Assembly: GCA_963693365.1 (NCBI GenBank)
Contig: CAVNZM010000007.1
Location: forward strand, 7,499,962 to 7,563,961
DNA from: Amoebidium appalachense
Lineage: Eukaryota > Protista > Ichthyosporea
Direction of reading: 5' to 3'
Length of the DNA stretch: 64,000 nt
Of this stretch, positions 47,620 through 64,000 are shown piece after piece (position 1 is the first letter of the stretch; every line of letters begins with the position of its first letter). A model generated the notes under the pieces. That model was not told the DNA's origin, searched no databases, and worked only from the letters and a program-made list of their open reading frames with translations. Made by a program: the position numbers and the translations under genes.

Positions 47620-48807
47620 GTGTTCTTTGTCCCCTTTTCCCCTTCCTTTTTACTACCTCTGCCATCATGCTACCTGCAGTCACTTGCTCTTGTTATCAGT
47701 ACCGAAGCACGCACGCCTTTAATCATGTTAATAAGCTCGCGCACACACGTGAGATATTCGAGAGAAAGTTTTCGAGGTTGTTGCTGTTATTAAATTCTTG
47801 CAGTGTTTTGGGATTGTGTTTGGCATCATAATTCGCAAAGTGATGCCTCCGTTCTGTGAATCTTTAATGTTGTGTTATTAAAGTCCCGACCGTTTTCTTT
47901 GTTCCGGTAACCGTGATTTATAGCCAATATTTTCCATACTCTAATCTTAAGTTTACCAGGCCTTAGAGCTCTGGCCTGAAGATTCCACGTTTTCTCTGAG
48001 GCTCTAGAATACGCACGTAGAGTAAGTTCTGAGCCTAATGCTTGTTCCCTGTTTGGGTTTACAGTATTATCAACAAATGTTTTCTGGGGGCTTTCGCCAT
48101 ACAAGGAGCCTGTTTTTATAAAGATTCTTTTCGTGATATGAAGTTGAGGCACGGTGCGATGCGCTCTTTTTGTCCCTAATGTTTTTAACTTAACACTTTC
48201 TCGAGTTTCCTCTCCCTACCACGATGCATTTGGACTGCGTGTCGGTGAGTGTGATGATAGGCTGGCTGAGGTAGCTGGCGAGTTGCTTTTGTATAGTTGG
48301 TTTCAATATGAAAGTTTTAAAAAGTCCAGTCGAGAGTAAATAAATAAGTGGAGTTTTTATATAGCTATGTCATCGGACACACAGTGAGGCTGTACATATT
48401 AATTGGAGCGCCTGTAAATGTGTAGTTGTTGTTGTAGTAGTAGTTGTGATTAGTGAGATGTGAGGTTGCAGTGAGCTGTTGAGAATAAAACGACGGTCTG
48501 AAGAAAAACCTTGTTTGGTCTCGGTCAACACAGTAAGTGGGTATTCAGGTACAGTGCGTTCGGTGACGAAAGTGGCCCATGGTCATAGCAGGGTGACCAT
48601 TCTGTGTGTGTGTTGTGTAACGCGCGGGGGAGGGGGCACATGTCTGCATGTATGTGTGTGTGTGGTGGGGAGGAGGGGGGGGGGGGAGGTTGGTGGCTTA
48701 TGGGTCGGTGGTGCAAGCGTTTAATTGAGGTCTCGCTTCAAGTACTTGAGCCATGGGTGGGGTATGATGGGGAGGGGGGGAGGGGGGGGCCACATGTGTG
48801 CATTTAT

Positions 48808-48841
<34 letters not shown>

Positions 48842-49148
48842 GGAGGCCTAGGATGGGTAGCTTATGGGTCGGTGATTGCAAGCGCTCAATTGCAAATTGA
48901 GGCCTTTTCAAGTTTAGGCCGAGCATGTACATGCATTCTTGTGTGCGCACACACGCACGGCCACAGGTTAAACTTTAACCTAGGATGTTCATGCATAGTG
49001 CCTGCGTGTGCGAATATGTGTATCAAGTTGCACGGTTACCATAAAAGGGGGTCCGAAGTCCGAGTGGGTACGTTGGGGCAACGGCCAGGCCTAGGGTAGG
49101 CTGAGGGGTCACGGTTCTCTTGATTTTGAATACTGCGGCATCATTCCA

Positions 49149-49210
<62 letters not shown>

Positions 49211-49290
49211 AAAGCAACAAAAAAAAAACACCCCCCCCTCCCCTCCCCCCCCCCCCCTCCCCCTCCCCCCCCCCCCCCCCCCCCCCCCCC

Positions 49291-49446
49291 CCCAGAGAAG
49301 TGTACACGTATCGACTCCCCCCCTCCCCTCCCCCCTTCCCCCTCCTTTCCATCTGTTCCGGACCTCCCCCTTCCCCTCCCTCCGGATCCCCTCCACCCCC
49401 CCCCCTCGCCCTCCCCTTCCCCTCCCAGAGTAGTGTACACGTACCG

Positions 49447-49477
<31 letters not shown>

Positions 49478-49640
49478 TTCCCCTCTGCTCCGGACCTCCC
49501 CTTCCCCCTCCCTCGGATCCCCCCCCCCCCCCCTCCCTCTCCCTCTCCCCCCCAGAGTAGTGTAGACGTATGGACCCCCCCCCTGGAAGTTCCCCTCTGC
49601 TCCGGGCCTCCCCCTCCCCCCCTCCAGATCCCCTCCCCCC
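49291..49640. repeat. Three degenerate ~130-bp C-rich tandem units
   Basis: CCCAGAG(A/T)AGTGTA(C/G)ACGTA..CTG(C/T)TCCGG recurs at about 49291, 49424 and 49551. Confidence 0.75.
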
Positions 49641-50453
49641 CCCCCCCCCTCCCAAGCGGGATGCAAACCACCTTACGGAGGAGACTCTGAACCTCATCTA
49701 GGTCTGTGGTTCGCTGGTTTCCTTTCACGTGTTTCTCACTTCAATCAACCCCCCCCCCCCCCCCCCCCCCCCCCCCAACACACACACACACAGGGGCTCG
49801 GTCCCCAAATGATTCGAGTTCCAACTTGTAACCGCCTAAGACTCCCTGAGTTGAACAGATTCTAAATGATTGAACCCCTACACATGGTGAAATTTTCAAT
49901 ACGCACAACCCCGAGAATTATTATTCGGGTGTTTCTTTGTATTCATACACGGCATTTAAATATGCAACTATTGTGGTAAATTGTAATCGAAACATTACAT
50001 CATAAGCGTACTTTGATATTAGCCAATAAGAACAATCACGAGTAGTCAATACACAGATTTCATGATAATATTCAATTCTCGCTACACATATTTTCACTTT
50101 AAACAACCCCTACAGCCCTACAAGGATTGCATTCCTCAAGCTATTTACATCAAATAAACGACCACCTCTCCTATTTTACACAAACTACTTCTTCTTTAGC
50201 AAGAAACACGCCATTAAAACATACACAATTCTTAAAAAGGCAATTGAACACTATGTGCATATATATATATATATAAACTTCCATGTTCAATGTTTACTAT
50301 GCACCCAATCCTAGTAATCATACAGCACATTCATCCACATAGCAACCCTCAAACACACCACAACTGTACATTAATTCTCACCTTCACCATGTTCATACAT
50401 ACAACCATCATTCTATCTCATCAGCCCAGCATTCCACAAGCCTCCCCACACAA

Positions 50454-57106
<6,653 letters not shown>

Positions 57107-57557
57107 ATTGGCGACGATTTATCTGGTGGTGACGAAGTACGTGCAAGATGCTAATGTTTCCTAAGGTTAATCACACACAAAGCCAAGCTTGTTCTAGCAA
57201 AAAAAAAATCACCTACGTGTGCCTCACTCAAGAACACCCCTCCTCCCTCAAGTCACCCCAAGTCATGACTCATGAGAGACTCATTGAAGAGCGCCACGCT
57301 CCAGTATGTGTGAGGTTTTTATGGATGCACAATGGACGAATCAAATCAAAGAACATCTATTAAACTTGCGTAAGATGGTGCCTATTTATCCAATCACGTG
57401 TGCCTACGCCGGTACAGAGCCCGCGAACGAAACCAGTAGAAAAACGAAAGACATGGGCGGCAATAACAGAACACGGCACACGAATCGTCAGTACGAGAGA
57501 AGCCTGCAAGGGGTAAAAATTGCCGATCCTTTTTTATTAACGCACATTGCAAGGAGA
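57107..57557. promoter_or_regulatory. Putative bidirectional promoter region
   Basis: About 450 bp of repeat-free DNA between divergent predicted start codons (57106 on - and 57558 on +). Confidence 0.5.
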
Positions 57558-60500
57558 ATGAATAAGTTTGACCCGTCGGCCGACCAGGCAGACAGGGACG
57601 AGCGCTCTGTGCGTGCCTTTACCATCTATCAGCGTGCTAAGAACCTTTTCAAACCTCAACCCCAACCCTCTGAACCAGCGTCAACCTCAGCGCCAACGAC
57701 CAGTCTAACTCCCAAGAAAACTGGTGTAGAGGCACAAAAATATGCTCCGTTTGATAGAGCGAACTACTGTGCTCGTGTGTCGACTTTCACGCTAGCAAAC
57801 TGGGCAGGAGTAGCCCATAGCGATGTTCTGTCGCCTCTTCAGCTGGCTCGATGGGGCTGGAAATGCACGGATAGGTAAGGCCCAGATTCAGACGCTTTGT
57901 GCGTGCGATGTTGATCTTTCAAGCGTCTCTATCTGGATTCTGATTTGGCTTTTGCGTGACCCAGTTAGCCTACAGTGGAAGATGTCACATGACCCACCTG
58001 GCAACACTTTCCCCTCGGGCCCGGTTGCTTGGGGTCATAACTTTGATTTTTCTCCTTTGTAAAGCCTTTAAACGTCCTAATCTAACTACCTCCGTCTTCT
58101 GTTGTTTCTGCTCACTCACGGTATAGAGAATCTCCCTCCCTCCCTCCCTCCCTTCCCTCCCTCCCTCCCTCCCTCCCTCCCTCCCTCCCTCCCTCCCTCC
58201 CTCCCTCCCTTCCCTCCCTCCCTCCCTCCCTCCCTCCCTCCCTTCACCCCCTCCCTCCCTCCCTCCCTCCCTCCCTCCCTCCCACCCCACACGCTCCCTT
58301 CACCCCCTCGCTCCCTCCCTCCTTCTCGCCCTCAACCTTTCCATTTTTCTCCCTCCCTCCCTCTTTCCCTGCTTCGCTCCCTCTCTCTCCTTCACGCCTC
58401 TCCGTCTCCCCTCTCCCTCGCTCAGCTTCTATCTCCCCCCCCTCCCCCCCCCCCCCCCCCCCCCCTCTTTCTCTCTCTCTCTCTCCCTCCCTCTCCCTCT
58501 TCCCCCCTCCCCCCTCTCCCTCTCTCCCTCTCCCTCTCCCTCTCCCGCTCCCTCTCTCTCTCTTCTCGCTCCTCCCCCCCCCCCCCCCTCCTCTCCCCCC
58601 TCCCTCCCCCCCCTATCCCCTTTCCTTTCTGTCCCCTGTCCTTCTCGCTGCCTCCTACCGCTCTTCCCTCCCTTTCCACCTTTCAGCACTACTTGTAGGT
58701 ATCTCTTTCTCCCTGCCCTTAACCCCCTTGCTTTCTAACCCTCTTCCTTCGTCTCTTTCGTGTCTCTGTTTCTCCTATCCCTTTACCCCTCTTCCCCTCC
58801 TTCGCTCCCTCTACCTCCCAACCACCCTCTCTCTTTCTCTATCTTTCTACCCCCCCTCCTCCTCTGTCTCCGCCTCCGGTTTCCATCCCAGGGCTTTTGT
58901 CCCTCGGCTACCTCTCCCTTTCTCCTTTGGTTCCCTTGGTCCCTTTCCCTCTCCCACGTCGCCTCCCTTGTTCCCTCGCGCTCCCCCTCCTGTCTGCTGC
59001 CCCTCCGCCCCCTCCCAACCCCCCCCCCCCCCCACCTCCAGAGCCCTTAAGCAGACCCCCCCCCCCCCCAAAAAAAAAAAAAAAACATTGCCACCACCAC
59101 CTTCCTCCTGCGGTTTTCTCTAAATTTTGTTCAGACACATACACATTACTCACCCCTCTCTCACACACACACACCTATGCATCCACGAACCCACACAGCC
59201 ATGCAAACACACACACTCACTCACTCATTAACAAGCACACGTGCAAATGTGCACACACACACACACACACACAACACACAACACACACACACACACACAC
59301 ACACAGGAACAAGATCCAGTGTGTAGGCTGCAACAAAACCCTTGACTGCGGCCCACACAAGGGCCTTGGTTGGACCCAAGCACGTCACATTGCACAAAAA
59401 CTGTTCAAACAGACCCAATCAGATCATGTAGATGGGTGCCAATGGCAAATAACCCCCTCACCGGAATCTTTCGCCACCCTCCCTCTGCGTTCAAAAGGGT
59501 CGGCGTATGCAGCATTTTCTGGAAGGTTGGGCACGTGGGCAGGTGCTGGTGTGAGAGAGTATCTGCACGTGTTGGAAGGGGTGGCTGAGGCTGTGTTTCA
59601 AGATTTAAGGCCCGAGGAGAGAAGGGAGTTGCTTAAGGTGGGTGGGTTTCGCATGTGTTTTTTTTTTTTGTTTTTTTTTTTGCCTGTGACTGTCTTGGCG
59701 GTTGTTTTTGGTTCATGCGTTTTGTGTGTGTGTGTGTGAGAGGGCGTGTGTGTGTGTGATTGTTTGTGTGTGTGTGGATTGGGGGTTGGGTGGGTGGGTG
59801 GGTGGGTGACTGGGTAGTGTGGGTGGGTGAGTGGGTGGGTGGGTGGACGGGTGGTTGTGTATAATGAGGAGGATTGTGTTTGTGTGTGTGAATATGAGCG
59901 GGGGGAGGGGGGGGAGGATGTGCATGTTTGAGACACCTGTGTCGCTGATGATTGGGCAGGTGTAAGTGGGACTAAAGAGAGGATGATAAGTTGTTGATGA
60001 GAGTTTATTGAACACTCACAGAATTGGTGAGCTCTCCATATCCCCCCCCCCCTCCCCCTGCCCCCCTCCCCCCCCCCCCCCCTCCCCCCGCCTCTCTTTC
60101 TCCCGCCTGGTCGCCGTTGATGGTTTGGAGTTTCTTTGAGGATATGCGCTGGTGTGGCTTCAGACTCTGTATGTTTGTTCCACCCCATTTCATGTGGCGA
60201 CATCGTCTACCCTGCATATTCTTTTCCCTTTTCTGTATACCACTCACTAAATCTCTCTCTCTCTCCCCCCCCCCCCCCTCCCCTCCTCCCCCCTCCCCCC
60301 TCGCCGTCCTCCCCCCCCCCTTTCCCCCCCCCTCCCCCCCTCCCCCCTCTCCCCCCCTCCCCCCCCCCCCCCCCCCCCGCGCCTCCCCCCCCCCGCGCCT
60401 CCCCCCCCCTGCTCTCTCCATTTTCCTGCAGGCAAGTCGGCAGCAATGGTCTGCATCGTCAGGTAGTATGGAAGGTGACGTAGTGGCCTGTGCCCTTTCT

Positions 60501-60835
60501 CTTTCTGGCTGGGAGCCAAACGGTCGTCACCTCATGTGCTCCCTCTGTCGACGTGTATACCCCGTGTCTCTCCCAAACATGCGACGGGCAGCAAAAACAC
60601 AGGCGGTGGCTAGTTCAACAGTGGATGTTGTGAACAGTGGTGATGTGGGTGGAAATGGGGAGGGTGAGGAGGGTGAGGAGGGGAGGAAGAGGCCTCGTGT
60701 GGATGGGGAGGGTGGACCTGCTGCTAAGAAGGCTATGGTGCAAGGTGGGTGTTGGTTTCTCGGCGGTTTTTGTTTTTTGGTTTGTTCTTTGTGTTTTTGT
60801 GATTGTGGGTGATAGGCTGGATTAGGTTTTTTTTT

Positions 60836-60883
<48 letters not shown>

Positions 60884-61156
60884 GAGAGAGAGAGAGAGCG
60901 GGAGGGGGGGGGGGAGGGGGGAGTTTACGGATGTGTGTTTGTGTGTTTGTGCGTGCGTGCATGCAGCTTTCGTATGCTGCCGTGTTGCCGACATGCCGGC
61001 ACGCTGTTCGTTTTTTTTTTTTCGGTTGCATGTGGCGGTAAGCACGTGTGCTTCCAACTCCCTGGTGTTTGTATGTGTGTGTTTTGCATGGCAGCCTGTT
61101 TCTGATTCCGCTTATGCGTATTCCGTTATGTCGCTTCCTGCTGGAACTGGGAAGTC

Positions 61157-61198
<42 letters not shown>

Positions 61199-61335
61199 TG
61201 GTGGTGGTGGTGCTGGTGGTGGTGGTGGTGGTGGTTGGGGGGGGGGGGGGGGGGGGGGGGGGGGAAGGAGGGAAGGGGGAAGGGGGAGAGATGGCTGGTG
61301 GTAGAGGTCCCTGAAAGAACCACTAAAATTTAATC

Positions 61336-61388
<53 letters not shown>

Positions 61389-61468
61389 ACACACACCACA
61401 CATGCTCGCAACACCCGCAGCACACACAACCACACACACACACGTGCACACACACACACACACACACA

Positions 61469-61535
<67 letters not shown>

Positions 61536-61878
61536 AGCAGGAAGCAGCCCGTTGCCCCAACTTGTCGGATCACCCAGCTCCCACCACTCCTTCTGTCCAT
61601 ACGTTCTCCCCGTCCAACCACCCACCAAGAATCCGGGAAACCGAAGAAATTTGTTAACCGAAAATACGGAACCCGGATGGAAGGAATTTCGGAAATTTGT
61701 TGTGGGGCATTTGATGGCTTGGCCTGCTGCCCAGTCTGTGAGTGTGGTTAGTGGTGAGGGTGGGCCAGGCTCGCAGGGTGTGGATGTCGGCATAGGAGAT
61801 GCGGAGGATGGGGAGGAGAGGGAGGCGAGTGTGAGTGATGTGTTGGCGTGCGTGGGGCGCCTTTTGGGAAGCGTGTAA
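57558..61878 (+). CDS. ZC3HC1: NIPA/ZC3HC1-like (Rsm1/Pml39 family) C3HC zinc-finger protein, 4 exons, ~433 aa
   Basis: Exons 57558-57874, 59307-59637, 60432-60744, 61538-61878 are in phase. First finger: [32 protein letters not shown]. Second finger: ALSLSGW..CSLCRR..HHSFCPY. The start codon is uncertain because the frame is open further upstream. Confidence 0.88.
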
Positions 61879-62090
61879 TTTAGTTGTTAGTCATTTTGCA
61901 CTAATTGCATGGACGCGTGTTGAGCTTGGATCATAATGGCTTCTTGTGTTTCTTCACGTTTGGGTGCTTTATCACAGGTTTGTGTTGGAAGAATCCGATA
62001 ATTTGTTTATAGCTTGACATTGCATGAGTCGGTGCTGGAGCCAACTAGTCATATCATCGTGTGTACAAAAATTGTGTGTTGTGTTTGTTC

Positions 62091-62181
<91 letters not shown>

Positions 62182-62210
62182 ATTGCGTGCGGCACATTGT
62201 GACTGTGTTT

Positions 62211-62248
<38 letters not shown>

Positions 62249-62386
62249 TTTTTTTTTTCCTTTTCCCTTTTGCCCTTGGTTGGAGGGGGGGGGGGGGGGG
62301 GGGGGGGGGGAGGGGGGAGGGGTTGATAAAGCTGGTGACGAGTAGTGTACAAGGCTTCAAGCAGCACAGTTACTAAGTAAGGATGT

Positions 62387-62419
<33 letters not shown>

Positions 62420-62808
62420 CGAACGGTTCGAATCTAAAAAATCCTTACTTGTGATAAGACTCCTGGGCCACCCTTTTGCAACTGCCTGTTGCGCCGATGT
62501 ACAAAGTTGGTGACTTTGATTTGTTAACCTATCTGTATCTAATACAAGAGTAAGCTGAAGTGCAAATACGGCGCTTCAACGTGCAACAGTTGACTCATGA
62601 TCATGAACGAAGCGAGAATACATTGCCAACTTCCAATGTTCAATCTTCAGAGCGACGTTCAGCTGAGAGAGACTGTGTTTACACACTGGCATGCAGTTGT
62701 CCTATTTGAAGGCAGCGGCGATTCGATAAGCGCAAAGCTGTTGATTGGACAAGACCGGGTCATAACTATTTTCCAAGAACCGCTTTGTGATGCAGATATA
62801 CCTGTAGT

Positions 62809-64000
62809 TTAACATAGACAAATGTGGTGTTCTTGTACCTGATATAGCTAACAATTTACACACATTTACATTATCATCTAAACCTGTACCTATAGTTCCA
62901 GAATACAAATATCTGGTGTTCCGGTTAATTCTGTAGGTGTTATGTTTTTTCATATGGTCGAAAAGAGGGTAGAGTTGGCTCGTAAGCGGTTAGCTTTCTT
63001 CTCGGCTAATATTTTTAAAGACACACCCCTCCGCATCCTTCTATTAGACTTACATTTATTCGCACTTTTGTCTTCCCGGCATGTGAATATGGTTTACCCC
63101 TTCTCGCCGCTTGGATCAAGAAAGAAAGAACTAGAGCGCTTAAACCCTTGGCAAATTTCCTTGAAGCAGAAGTTGCCTCCTTTCTATCTAACAACTGTTG
63201 TAACCCTGGGCCTGTAACGCTCTCGATATATGGTCTGGTCCCAATAGCTGCTAGAGTATCCTATCTCGCGCTGAAATTCAATAAGCACATAAGCCGCTTA
63301 AAGAAGTATTTGCCCTCCCACCCTCTCTTCTCTATCCGACCTGTCCCCTCCTCACCTCTCCCCTCTTTCCTTCCCTCTCTCTCCCCTTCTCCCCTGGGCA
63401 CAAATACAAATAAACCCCGCAAAAGTGTGTGTGTGACTTTGGACTGCCACTTACTTATTAAACATCGGTACACAATCACAAGATAATCACGCAATATAAC
63501 AAATGGAAAAAGATACCACACGACACTAGACCCGATGAAAGCATACACCTTGAAAAACTAAGCCTTATGTCTCGTTTTATATATACTGACCGCCTCAACC
63601 ATATTGCCAAGTATGGCACTCGCAAATGTATAACACCTAAATACATATTACCTTCCTCAGTGTAGAACTGGTCTTTCTCTAGCTGATGGTATTATTGATC
63701 AATTACCACGCTTTCAAAGTTACTGTACACGTGCTATACAGTGGAGATCATATAAGTATAAGGTGGCATCATTTGCATGCCCAAACAACACACACACACA
63801 CACCAGTTTAACCGGTCATGTATCGCCAAATGTAGTTTGATAGACCACATAATACCGCAACACACACACGTCACATTCACAACAGACACCCAGAAAGATA
63901 GCCTACCTGTAAATTACAACATCCTTGATTTTATACTACTGAACACGCGTAACTACGACCTGTTTATTAGATGTATTGATTGGCTTGAGAAACACATCAC
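62809..64000 (+). mobile_element. Third, 5'-truncated and frameshifted copy of the same LINE; runs off the window end
   Basis: Matches the reverse complement of about 42626-43798, starting TTAACATAGACAAATGTGG, with several small indels. Confidence 0.93.

Noticed and set aside
47826-48152. 108-aa non-repetitive minus-strand ORF
   Set aside because: No ATG start, recognisable motif or clear splice context.

Overview
Eukaryotic genomic DNA, probably from a unicellular opisthokont/holozoan (guess based on the animal-like cyclin L; not established). Introns and intergenic DNA are saturated with (CA)n/(TG)n, (CT)n/(GA)n and long poly-C/poly-G tracts, so most of the ORF track is microsatellite noise. 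Manual splicing recovers five main genes: an equilibrative nucleoside transporter (-), a 6-exon cyclin L (+), a 3-exon orphan gene (+), a 6-exon coiled-coil/BTB/WD40 gene (-) with one in-frame TAG, and a head-to-head 4-exon NIPA/ZC3HC1-like gene (+). Two weaker orphan gene models lie at the left end. Mobile DNA includes three copies of one non-LTR retrotransposon (two with 10-bp TSDs and a tail-less 3' end), hAT remnants, a hAT-type MITE, a foldback-like element sitting in poly-G, and a G-rich CTGATGA satellite. The most unusual signals are the tail-less LINE carrying (CA)n and poly-A inside its 3' UTR, and introns where (CA)n runs up to the acceptor AG, often with complementary GT/G-rich 5' halves. 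All coordinates were derived by hand; no database searches were run.
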